64,000 nucleotides of DNA from Zygnema circumcarinatum SAG 698-1b (lineage: Eukaryota; Plantae; Zygnematophyceae). The translations under genes and the position numbers were made by a program. Positions within the stretch are counted from its first letter, which is position 1; every line of letters starts with the position of its first letter. The stretch lies in NCBI GenBank assembly GCA_037447605.1, contig CM074812.1, positions 620,001-684,000 on the forward strand. The letters run 5' to 3'. Shown here piece after piece: positions 1-37,600 of the stretch. The notes beneath the pieces are model-generated. The model was given only the letters and a program-made list of their open reading frames with translations, did no database searches and was not told where the DNA came from.

Positions 1-235
1 GAAATGAGGATTGGGCTGTTCTTGAATTGAAACCCTAAAAGCCACATTTTGAGTGAAGTATCCGCCTTCAGAACTCTCATAACAAACATCAAAGCGTCAA
101 AGCAAGCAAAGTCAATTGAGGCTGCTTTGGGAGAAGAAAAATAGTCTTGACACAATGGCCGATTGGAAACTGTAGACGACGTAAAATTTACGAAAAATTA
201 GAATAATTAGAATCATCCTGTGAAGAATACACTGT

Positions 236-19223
<18,988 letters not shown>

Positions 19224-19589
19224 CAGAATTTAGGGTTTCTCAGCTTTACCAGCTTTAGGGTTTCAGCATTTCCGAGCTTTGCAGATGCCATGGGTTCTCA
19301 AAGCAGTTTGCTGGGTAGGTTTCAGGATCCAGCATTCAGGGTTCAGAAATTGTTAGGGTTTCAGCTTTAACAGGAGTTGGTTTCTAATGGTTCAAGAATA
19401 GGGTTTAAGAATGCAGATATAATGTGATTACAGGAGAAAAAAAATTAGAGATTGCTTCAGAACTGTTCTCTGCTGCGCCGGCAGTTCCTGCTCCAGAGGG
19501 GCTGCAGGGGCTGCAACTGAAAAGCAAGGGCCAAATTTTATTTTTAAGCATTATCATTTTACATTTCTGCATTCATTCTACATTTCTGG

Positions 19590-20015
19590 TCTCATTCCAC
19601 GTCATATGTTTCGACGGTTCCGATTGGCGTTGATTCCACGTCATATGTTTCGACGGTTTCGATTGGCTGACCGACTATCCTACGTGGCACGATCCCCTAT
19701 CCAAACGGGTCAACTGTACGGCAAGCGGCTGGGGTTGAAAACCGATGACGTCATAAAGTTTGCAACCAAGCGTTTGTTTGGAGACGTCATGCAAGCCTTT
19801 TTGCATTTCGGACCGGCCGGGTACAAATGGGGTATAGACCAACGGCTTGAATTGGAGAGTTTCCCGCCTTCTGCAGGTTTGCTTCCAAGAGGGGAGAGAG
19901 AGAGAGTGAGGGAGAGGGAGAGGGAGAGAGTGAGGGTAAACCCTAAACCTGAAACCCTAAACCTGAAACCCTAAACCTGAAATCCTAAACCTGAAACCCT
20001 AAACTCAAAACCCTG
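19590..20015. promoter_or_regulatory. Divergent PHYLLO/DDM1 promoter: duplicated 35-bp CCACGTCA...ATTGG unit, TGACGTCA, E2F-type TTTCCCGC (19860-19867) and telobox (AAACCCTA) cluster
   Basis: Motifs read directly between head-to-head genes; function is inferred from consensus matches. Confidence 0.55.
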
Positions 20016-20521
20016 AACATCCTGCAACTCATAAATTGAACAATACGATAAGAATCAAAAGTCAATAATTGTCCCTTAGCCCTAGATCCTGAATATGAAC
20101 CTGGATGCTTAACCTTAAATTTCAACTGTAAGTTTGAACCCTGAATGCAGAGCAGAGCAGTGGACTGCAGCTCTGGTTTGCATCAAGCAAGAAAAAGGTA
20201 CACATCCTGCAAAGAAATTCACCCCTCACTGTTTTCTGCTTCAGATTCGACCCCTGTAACTTTTCATAGGGGTGATGCACCCTTCTATTCACCCAGTATG
20301 ATTCTCTTTTTCTTGATTGGATTCGCATTCAATCCGGATCCTATTCATGTGTTGGATCAGAAAATGTATTATTTTGCGTGCATCTTACCTTTCCTTCATG
20401 CATTTTTAGCTCGTTGTGAGAGACAGAATGTGTAAATATCTATCTCTTTTTTATTTTTCGTTATTTCTTCATTGTTAAGTTATTTTCATCTGACATTGCT
20501 CTGCTTTCTTCCGGAGCACAG

Positions 20522-26978
<6,457 letters not shown>

Positions 26979-28675
26979 TTTGTTATACATGACATCTTAT
27001 GACCATGAGGGGCGTGTGATAGAGAGGGAGCGAGTGAGGGAGAGCGTGCGTGTGGGACGAGAGAGAGGGAGAGAAAGAGGAAGAAAAGAGGTGGGAGGGG
27101 CGGGAGACTAAAGGCGAAGAGGGTAGTGGTAACAGTAGGAGTGGGAGCAATGAGCTATCTAGATGGTGGGCAGATTGTACTATGCATAGCGTCAGTTATA
27201 AATGACATGCAGTTTATTATTCCTGAACAAAAGAGGACGATGTACGGGGGATTGGCGACTCACATGTTGAAGATTTGGTAAGTGATGGACTGATGTGCGG
27301 TTCTGAAACCCTTGAAGCCCTAAAGTGCCTCATGCAGGGGGAAGATGGAGGAGCAAGGTTCACCTATGGGCCCACATTAGGAGTTTTTGTGTACTTTCTG
27401 GCCCATTCACCCAATGTCCTATGCTCTCTCTCTGTCTCTCTCCCTCCCTCCTCTCTCGTGCTCTTGTTAGGCATTCATGCAACGAAGGAGGCGTACTGTC
27501 TATTCTCGATGCGGCACTCCTGTGGATAAGAGGGATCTGCAGAAAACTTGAGTTTTCCAGGGTTTTAGTTGGTCTTAATTAGTAACCTGTGTCGTTGCAC
27601 TTGCTAATTTATGGCGGTTGGTTGTTATTGTTGATGGTTATCGATTTCAACGAGTTTTTTCAACGAAAGGCTTCCCCTTATAAAGGAAAATTTCTGAAGC
27701 TAAGATTTTTAGAGTTTATAGACCCTTAGAAGCTAAATGAATCCAGTCCTTAAGGTTTCAGCAGGGCTCAGAGACACTTTTATCGGGGCCTCGAATTCTT
27801 CTGAGAATTTCAGGTCCAGCTGCATAAGTCTACGACGTCATCGTATTTAGTGTCGATACTCAATTTCATGTGGTACGTTTGTTGCGGCCCACAAAAGTTG
27901 ATATTTGGCTGAAGACCCTGCAGTGCGATTACTGCCGATGGTTCAAATTCACATATATAAACATGAAAATACTAGTCTGAAATAAGTGAATGAATTTATC
28001 GAAATAAATCATACAGTAAGCCAAGACACCCTGCGATCCCTGAAATCCCATTATTTAGGAATGTCCTAAACATTGTGGCCTACACATTTGCTCCATAGTG
28101 TGGTCTAGGTATGAGAGATAAACCGCGTAAAGAATCGAGTTTGCAATTAGCGTGGCCTGCACTAAACACAGCACAGTGGATCTAACGAAGGAGTTCTCAA
28201 CTGCTCCCTGCAATGTGAACAGACTCGTTCTCCGTTTGCAAAAATGTCGCCTGAAGCCGCCTTACGGTACCGTACAGGGCGACCGTTACGACTTTAATCA
28301 ACTTTAGCCAACTATAGTCTATTTACAACAAGAACGATGCAACTGCTATAAACTCCCTCCTAATGGAATCACTAAACCGCTCTAAACGAACAATTGTGAA
28401 TAAATAAGCACACGAATGCAACAAATTTACTGCTAAATTACCTTCCCTTTTTTGACCTTATCAAGAGCGGGACATACCTTGCCTTAACTCCGACTCTCCC
28501 TCCTCCCATCTCCCTCTCTCTCCCTCCCCCTCCCTCCCTCTCCCTCCCCCTCCCCCTCCCTCTCTCCTCCCATCCTCTCTCCCTCCCCCTCCCTCCCCAC
28601 ATCCCTCCCCCTCCCTCCCCACATCCCTCCCACCCTCCCTCCCCACCACCCTCCCCTCCCCCCCCATCCCCTCCC

Positions 28676-31103
28676 TCAGAAGGTGAGCCCCAAGTCCTTC
28701 CTGCACTTCTCTATGNNNNNNNNNNGGGAGGGGGAGGGGGAGGTGAGAGAGCCGGAGGGACGGAAGAAGGACGACAGAGCGATAGAAGACAGGAAGGGAA
28801 AGGAGGTCAGGAGGGGCTAGAGGGAAGAGACGAGGGAGGCAGGCGAGGGAAGCAATCATAGAAAACAGACGACATGTATAGATACATAATCTCCTCTCCT
28901 CCCTTGTCTCCTCCTCAACTCTCTCGTTCCTTTTTCCCCCCCCTCAGTCTTCCCCACCTCCCTCTCCCCCCCTTCTAGATCACTCCCCCATGTCTCTCGA
29001 TCCCCCAATCACTCTCCCCCTTTCTATCTACCCCTTCTCTCTCCCCCAGCGCTCTGACCCCCACCCCCCCATCTCGCCCCTCCGCACTCTCTCTCTCCCC
29101 CCACACTCTCCCGCATCCTCACCCACCCTCTCCCCCCCCATCTTCCCGACGTCTCTCTCTCTTCCTACCCTTCTCTTCTCCCTCTCTCCCAGACACTCCC
29201 TCTCTCATACACGATATCTAGTTGAAAACTTACTCGGATATTTGTCACATCACCGACGGCGAAAATATTGGGGTAGCCTCCAACTCGGAAGTACTCATCA
29301 ACTATCACTCTTCCGTTTTCGTCCAAACAGTCTTCGAAATAAGCTGTCAAAATGCATACTGAAAAAATATGAGAAAATAGCAGGAGCCCATAAACAAAAA
29401 GGGAGACATTGGGTATAAACACTATGTACCAGCAAAATACGGCAAAATCAGATCTCACCTTTAAGCCAAGAAGTCGCCGGTCGGCTTCCTGTGGCTATAA
29501 AAAGATAATCGGTTGAAATTTTCCTTCCATTGGCTGTCACAAAAGTCCCCTTCTGACCGGAGGTGTGTATACCTACACAGTCCCAAAAAATCCGGCAAAG
29601 CTTTATTCATTTCTACCTCCTTAAACTAGGGGAGGGAGACTGAGAGAGAGGCCAATAGAAATGGGAGAGGGGGGGTAGAGGGGAGTCGGAGAGATCATAG
29701 GGTGGAAGAGAGAGACAGCGATGGGAGAGAACGTGAGAGTTAGGAGAGCGGGAGAGTTGGGCGAAAGAGATCAGAAGAGTTGATAGAAGGAAGAGACAAA
29801 TAGAGAGAGAGAGAAAGGAGAGAGAGGGTGAGGACCCTCACCATGGTCTAGCTTCACTACGTCGTTAAATATGACTTCCACGTTTTTCCTTTCTAGCCAC
29901 TTCAGTGCCAGTTCGCTCGCTTTCGGCTGCAAAAATTCGACCAATCGGTCTCCGGTGTGCACCAACGTGATTGCGATGTGCGGAAAGTCCGTCGCCACTT
30001 CCGCCGCAAACTCCACTCCCACGGGCCCACCCCCCACTACAAGCAGAGATTCGACCGTTTGTAATCGCTTGTTTTCTGCAAACGACAAAAAGAAAAGGAG
30101 GGGGGGTTGAAAGGAAGTTGAAAGGACGTCAGCACAGAAGAAAGAATAGTCCCTTTCCCCGCTTTCACTTTCTATACTCTTATCTGTGTTTGCTTTTCTC
30201 CTGCATTTCTCCTTCCCCTCAGCCTGTACTTGTCACTTCCACCCCTCCCCCACCTCTTGCTTCCCCCCCCCTCCTCCTTCGTCCTTGTCCAAAACTCCGA
30301 CAATCCTAGCGTCTACACTTCCTTTCTGTCCTATCGCCTTCTTCCTCCTCTCTCTCTCTCCCTCCCTCCCTTCCTCCCTCCCTCCCCCCACCTTCCCCCT
30401 CCCCTNNNNNNNNNNAATTCCTGTATGGTTATCTTTATAGAATCAACGAAGCGCAAGGCATAATAGGACAACTTCGAGAACTCCCTCGAAAAAAAAATGT
30501 GGAAAGAGGACTTTAAAAATAAAAAAATAAATAAAAACGCCCAAAAAATTACGGGTGAATTGATACTCTGAATGCTGGAAAGTGGCGTAGCCCTTGCGTG
30601 AGATGTAAGTAAGCTTTTTAAATTAAAAATTTGGCAATTTTCTTTTTCAAAATTAAGTTTCGCCATTACTGTGACAAACTAGTGTCTTTTATAACCCTTC
30701 TGTTGACAATGTGAATAAAGCGCTATGGTGTCGTCGGAGAACACACACCACAGACACTACATGTATGGAAATGCTGATTTTTTAAATACTTGCATTTGTA
30801 AGCAAAATGCAAAGGGAGAGGATTAAAATAAACAGATGTAGCAGTTAGGGGTGTAAGGTTAAGAATACAGCAGAGTGAGAGAGAGAGAGAGAGAGAGTCA
30901 GAGAGAGTGGTAGAATCAGAGAGAGAGAGAGACTGAGAGACGGGGGGAGAGAGAAAGGGGGGAGGAGAGAGAAAAAAAGAGAGGGAGAGAGAGAGAGAGA
31001 GAGACCTGTCTATGAGCGTAACATCCGCGTCCTCCTCGAGGAGGTGCGCCACCATCGCCCCCGCCACGCCCCCCCCCACCACCGCCACGCGCCGCCGCGC
31101 CAT
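28676..31103 (-). CDS. AIFM2/FSP1-like FAD/NAD(P)H oxidoreductase; internal exons lost in N gaps
   Basis: Exon 1 VAVVGGGVAG...VTLID. Second Rossmann fold LLVVGGGPVGVEFAAEVATDFP...TLVH. Then ATGSRPATSWL, GRVIVDEYFRVGGYPNIFAVGD, and C-terminal IEKCRKDLGLTF*. Gaps at 28716 and 30406 interrupt the model. Confidence 0.85.
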
Positions 31104-32872
31104 CGAACCCTAACGGCCGTCACATGGGCGCGCAGTCAAACGGAACTGCCACAGGGAGCGGCCGGGGAGAGGGGCGCCTGGATCGGGCGGGAGGGAGGGA
31201 GACGATCGATTGAGAGAGAGAGAGGGAGGGAGGGAGCGAGGGCGAGGGAGGGAGCGAGGGCGAGAGAGGGACGGGTAGACGGAGAGGGAGGGAGGGAGGG
31301 AGAGTGGGGGAAAGAGGAAGAGTGAGAGAGGGAAAGCGGGAACGAGAGTGGGAGATAGAGAGATGTAGAGAGAGAGTGAGAGAGAGGGAGAGAGGGGGAG
31401 AAAGGACGTGGGTCAGCCATGGCGGACATTTTGAGGCTGAGAAGGGTCCGCCATGGCGAGGGGCTCTCTCCCGCGTTCTCGGAAGGACCCGGGAAGGAGG
31501 GAGGGCCTCTGGATCGGCTGTTTTCGGGCAAGTGGATGAAATGTTTTGTTTGCCCGTGGGCATAAATAAAAGGTATTATTTTTACTGGACAGTTTTTCTC
31601 ACCGCGCGTTTCTGCCCGAAGGGCAGGCCAACGAAAAGAGGGTAAGTTGTTCTAGAGTATACGGCTGGTTGTCGGGCAGTTTGTGAAATGTTTCGTGGTG
31701 GAAGTTTTTCCTGCCCGTTGGACAGGTATTCACCTACCGAGGAATATCTTTTTTCTCTCGGGCAGCATTAAACGTTTTCGTAAAAAGTTTCTGCTGGCCG
31801 ACGGCGCTGGGCGGCGCCTCGTTTATTACACTACGGAACGGGCTGGTTCGAAGCAGGGCGGTTCAAAATGACAAAATTGATGAAACGACAGATACTGTAC
31901 TGTACAAATGGCCCGTTCCGTACTACGTAGCCGTACACTAACCGTACATTGATATATGAGCTACGTACGGTAATAGTACGGTCAAATAGTACAGTACGGT
32001 AGTGAAGCCGGCCGGTATGTATCGGTTTCATACGATATATCTCCACAGTTTGATGAGGAATATATCGTAAATATCGCAGATACCTCATATCTCGATATAG
32101 CTAGACTTAGTTCTGCGCGATCATCTGCCATCCCGTACCAATACGATATTTAGATCGGAGATTCGATATGATATATCGATCCGAGTAATTTTTATGCGAT
32201 ACGATGCGAGTAAAGCTTGGTCAAACAAGTGACTAACTTGTTTGATGACTCGGTTAACCAAATTAGCATACCCTTACCTTTTTTTTTTATTTATTTTTCT
32301 CAGACTGCCTAGAAGCAGGTCTGCAGGTCCACATGAACCGAGGAGGAGTGGATCCTCACACAGCGGTGGATCTTTACCCACACGTGGAATGGGGATAAAC
32401 CTCCGCTGTCACGCTCTCAGTCTTGCACGAATTCCTAACTTTTGGGTCTCCCCAGGGCGCAAAAACGATTGAATTGGGGGCAATTGGGAACATCCTTTGC
32501 AAGTATAAAAGTGTTGCCAGTAATCTTGTCAGACTCATATATCAATTCGAGTCAATTCAAGGCCAGTAAAGTCAAGAGTCAAGTCAAGTCAAGACGAGTC
32601 AAGTCAGTCTCACAAAGGCGGAAACGGCCGAAGCTATTTCTGGCATACAAGCGAGCAAGCACACGGGCGTACATGGAATCACGCGTGACGTGATGACTGC
32701 TCGCACATGGAACCTCTTATTTCATTACTGCTTCACGCTCTGACAATGAGGCAGAGGGAAGGGTCAAAGCGCATCACAGGGAGAGTGGGCTACGGAGACG
32801 GAGGAGGGAGAGGAGGGATAGGAGGGAGGAGAGGAGGGTGGGAGAGGGAGAGCGAGAGAAAGACAGAGAGCA

Positions 32873-32907
<35 letters not shown>

Positions 32908-34787
32908 GAGAGAGAGAGACCTGCCCTATGAGCTGCAATATCCGCGTCCTCCCTCGAGGAGGTGCGCTACCATCACCCCTCGCCACGCCCCCCACTACCG
33001 CCACGCGCCGCCGCGCCATCGAACCCTAACGGCCGTCACATGGGCGCGCAGTCAAACGGAACTGCCACAGGGAGCGGCCGGGGAGAGGGGCGCCTGGATC
33101 GGGCGGGAGGGAGGGAGACGATCGATTGAGAGAGAGAGAGGGAGGGAGGGAGCGAGGGCGAGGGAGGGAGCGAGGGCGAGAGAGGGACGGGTAGACGGAG
33201 AGGGAGGGAGGGAGGGAGAGTGGGGGAAAGAGGAAGAGTGAGAGAGGGAAAGCGGGAACGAGGAGTGGGAGATGTAGGAGAGATGTAGAGAGTAGGAAAG
33301 CAGAGAGAGGGAGAGAGGGGAGAAAGGACGGGTCAGCCATGGCGGATATTTTGCGCTATAGCGTCCGCCATGGCGTAGGGCTCTTCCCGCGTTCTCGGAA
33401 GGACCCGGGAAGGAGGGAGGGCCTCTGGATCGGCTGTTTCGGGCAAGTGGATGAAATGTTTTGTTTGCCCGTGGGCATAAATAAAAGGTATTATTTTTAC
33501 TGGACAGTTTTTCTCACCGCGCGTTTCTGCACGAAGGGCAGGCCAACGAAAAGAGGGTAAGTTGTTCTAGAGTATACGGCTGGTTGTCGGGCAGTTTGTG
33601 AAATGTTTCGTGGTGGAAGTATTTCCTGCCCGTTGGACAGGTATTCACCTACCGAGAATACTTTTTTCCTCGGGCAGCATTTAAACGTTTTCGTAAAAGT
33701 TTGCTGGTTTAATGAGGCTGGGCGGCGCCCCTGCTTTATTTAAATTTACGGAACGGGCTGGTTCGAAGCAGGGCGGTTCAAAATGACAAAATTGATGAAA
33801 CGACAGATACTGTACTGTACAAATGGCCCGTTCCGTACTACGTAGCCGTACACTAACCGTACATTGATATATGAGCTACGTACGGTAATAGTACGGTCAA
33901 ATAGTACAGTACGGTAGTGAAGCCGGCCGGTATGTATCGGTTTCATACGATATATCTCCACAGTTTGATGAGGAATATATCGTAAATATCGCAGATACCT
34001 CATATCTCGATATAGCTAGACTTAGTTCTGCGCGATCATCTGCCATCCCGTACCAATACGATATTTAGATCGGAGATTCGATATGATATATCGATCCGAG
34101 TAATTTTTATGCGATACGATGCGAGTAAAGCTTGGTCAAACAAGTGACTAACTTGTTTGATGACTCGGTTAACCAAATTAGCATACCCTTACCTTTTTTT
34201 TTTATTTATTTTTCTCAGACTGCCTAGAAGCAGGTCTGCAGGTCCACATGAACCGAGGAGGAGTGGATCCTCACACAGCGGTGGATCTTTACCCACACGT
34301 GGAATGGGGATAAACCTCCGCTGTCACGCTCTCAGTCTTGCACGAATTCCTAACTTTTGGGTCTCCCCAGGGCGCAAAAACGATTGAATTGGGGGCAATT
34401 GGGAACATCCTTTGCAAGTATAAAAGTGTTGCCAGTAATCTTGTCAGACTCATATATCAATTCGAGTCAATTCAAGGCCAGTAAAGTCAAGAGTCAAGTC
34501 AAGTCAAGACGAGTCAAGTCAGTCTCACAAAGGCGGAAACGGCCGAAGCTATTTCTGGCATACAAGCGAGCAAGCACACGGGCGTACATGGAATCACGCG
34601 TGACGTGATGACTGCTCGCACATGGAACCTCTTATTTCATTACTGCTTCACGCTCTGACAATGAGGCAGAGGGAAGGGTCAAAGCGCATCACAGGGAGAG
34701 TGGGCTACGGAGACGGAGGAGGGAGAGGAGGGATAGGAGGGAGGAGAGGAGGGTGGGAGAGGGAGAGCGAGAGAAAGACAGAGAGCA

Positions 34788-34849
<62 letters not shown>

Positions 34850-34860
34850 GGAGAGAGAGA
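30990..34860. repeat. Tandem duplication with ~1915-bp period, joined at a (GA)n tract; the second copy carries a frameshifted copy of FSP1-like exon 1
   Basis: ORFs at 31831/33746, 32242/34157 and 32442/34357 are identical at offset 1915. The segment 32920-33745 has scattered indels relative to 31005-31830. Confidence 0.85.
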
Positions 34861-34866
34861 GAGCGA

Positions 34867-36755
34867 TCAAGTGTCTTCATGAGTCACCTCCCCCACTTGT
34901 CTCCTGCGAAGGTTTGTTTGGGTTTCTCCCGCCGCGTCAAGCAGGATCGCCTCTCCCTCTGCTTTCTCCTTCTCCTCCTCATTCCTTTCCTCAGTTTCAG
35001 TTTCAGTTTCAGCAGTTTGTTCGGGAGCCGCAATTGCCGAGGTTCCATTTGCAGGGGCACTTTCCTGGGGCTCTTCCTTCCTGCATACCGAAAAACAGGA
35101 CCAAAACTGTAAATATCTTACTCTGTTGAAGATTTAAGGCAGGTAAAACCCCTAAAATTTCAGAGGACTGGCTCGCTTGCTTATTATACGATCCACTTAG
35201 AAACTCACTTTGCAGCTTTGGGAAGATCAACAAACGGTCGTTTGGTGCATTGATCCCCGAGAATGTAAATTCCGAAAAGTCCGTGTTCCCACATGGCGAT
35301 TGGCTGCATAACTGCACCACAAAATTGCCTCCAACATTTTACTAAAGAATGCGGGGAAAAAAGGGGTACAGATTGCAAGAAAATTTCAATAAAATTCCTT
35401 TTCATTCCAATAAGAGATTGATAGGGCTTACTAGTTTGTAAGATTAGGGCGGGAAGCAGCATCCCATAGAGATGTAAGGCTATGGTCACAACTAAGCCCT
35501 GCAGGAAACAAAACGAAGGAAAAGGTATAGTTAAGACAGAAATTTCTTTCACACAAAGGATTTGAGGAATTTCGATTAGAGAAGGGCTTAAAGAAAAAAG
35601 CAGAGAAACCCAAAAAAGATGAGCCTTAGAAACAGTTGAAAGACGAGCTTTGTCTCAAAACCGAGCGCTGTTAATGAAAGTTTGCAGTTTATAAAATTGC
35701 GATCGAGGACCTTTTCTTTTTCAAATTAAGACATTGCGGACAGTTTGTTTGTAGCTTTTTAAGTCCGCACGATGGGGAGTTAGGATATTTGGGTCCTAAG
35801 CGGAAGCACATGCAGGAGGTGAAAAAAGACGCACGATGCCAAAAGTTGTGAGATGAGTTTTGATCTGCTCTGTATCATAGCGCTTGAAGGTCTTCTGCTC
35901 CCTGCGTTCAAATTAGCCAAACTTTAACATTAGTGCTAATCTCTCTCTCTCTCTCTCCCCCTTTCTCTGTCACTCTCTCTCCCTCTCTCCCTCTCTCCCT
36001 CTCTTTCTCTCCCTCTCACTCTCAGCCAAGAAGCACTAAGAGAAGTGTCCAAACGAATCCAACAGAACATTCTGAAACAGACGAAGAGCCGAACCTGCAG
36101 ATCAAAAAACCGAAAGTAAAAGTATACAAATCTGCACTCCCTCGGCCCTGAAGGTACTACGGCTCTGACCTCTCAAACCCCCAAAGTGAAAATTCCCTGA
36201 AACCTTTAAAACCCTCCGAAACCCCTCAACCCCTGCCACCCTAAAACATAAAACCCTAAAAATTCGAAAATCATGCAAATCCGTCATCTCCCAGATCCAT
36301 TCAGCCCAATTACCAAAAATCCCTCCGTTTCAAGCCACGATCTGAACAGAACAACCCCCCCCCCCCTCCCCCCCTCCACCCCCCCTGAAACCCCCCTAAA
36401 ACCCAAAACCCTAAAAAAACCCCACCTTGAAACCCCCCCAGATCAACAAACCCTAAAGAACCCACTTCTTCCCGCCCTTCCCGGGAACCTCGACGATGCT
36501 GACGTCATCCCCGGTCGTACGGACGAGGTGCCAGATCCGCAGCGCGACGAGCAGCACTGCGATCTGCGAGAGAGCGAAGAGGCAGCGCGCGATCAACACG
36601 GTGAGCGGGTCCTTAGGGTTCATGCCCGCGCGGCTCAGGCCCATCATCACGGCGGGGGCGACCATCATCTTCAGATGGGGGGGGAGCTTCGGATGGCGGC
36701 TGCGGGGGGGTGGGGAGGGAGGGGGAGGGGGAGGGGAAGGGGAAGGGGAAGCCAT
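34867..36755 (-). CDS. Pho88/SND3-family ER membrane protein, 5 exons (~36755-36466, 35901-35835, 35498-35432, ~35310-35209, ~35080-34867)
   Basis: Spliced product reads AVMMGLSRAGMNPKDPLTVLIARCLF...TGDDVSIVEVP...KTFKRYDTEQIK...GLVVTIALHLY...PALILQTIMQPIAMWEHGLFGIYILG..TKRPF. This is colinear with yeast Pho88 as I recall it (MMQLSRRIDMEDP...RDYDLKEI...MHLYLK..PLFMQ...EHNEVKIHLFG...LKRPF). All four introns join in frame. Confidence 0.75.
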
Positions 36756-37500
36756 GGCGGCAGATTGGGAGGGAGGAGGGGAGGGAGAAGGGGAAGGGGG
36801 AAGGGGAGGGGGAAGTGGGTTTGAAGGTTTTAGGGTTTGGGTTTGGGTTCCGGGAAGGGGGGAAGGGATCTGGGACTGAAGAGGAAGAGGAAGGGGGGTA
36901 GTGGGGGGAGGGGGGAGCTGGCGGAGAGGGGGGGGGGTACGGACGGAAGGAAACGGTCAGATATGTACGGAAAAAGGAAGGAAAGTGTACTATTTGAAAG
37001 TGAAACCGTTCTTTTTGGTAACTGGTCGTACGAATTGCTGTGACCGATGGTCGGCAGGTTGAGAGTACGGTGGCTTGGGTATATTGTGAGCTGACGTCAG
37101 CCCTAAAATGCACGTGGGGACGCGTGTTTTCCAGCAGTTGGCAAACTTCTGTTTGGCGGTAAAGCTTGGCAGGGCCAGTTTCCAAACTTTTTTTGGAAAA
37201 CGTCTCTTTCAAAAAAATCGGCGCGAGTACCGGACTGTGATTGGCCGCTAGTTCAAAAAACTGTCACGTGGCAAACGCACATTGGCTCCAACATCTGTGG
37301 AGCTCCCCCTTCGACCGTCACAAGCTGCTCCACCATACGGATTGTACGGCAGAATGTACAAATGTACGGGAGTCGTACGGTGTGTACGGAAGCAGACACC
37401 ATCAGGGCGACAGCTTTTGCTTTCTGGTTTTCCCTCGTAAAGAAAATGGCCACGCGGCAGCTCTCATATTGTTTAAAAAAAAAAAAAAAGAAGAGCAGCG

Positions 37501-37548
<48 letters not shown>

Positions 37549-37600
37549 CTCACTTTTTCTCTCTCTCCTCTCTCCCCCTCCCTGTCTTCACAGAGCCCAG

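Noticed and set aside
27000-28450. Possible gene between DDM1 and the FSP1-like gene
   Set aside because: Only short featureless ORFs; consistent with convergent 3' UTRs and intergenic DNA.
32920-33019. FSP1-like pseudogene
   Set aside because: Only exon 1 is present, and the indel pattern resembles uncorrected read error within a duplicated block. Not called as a pseudogene.
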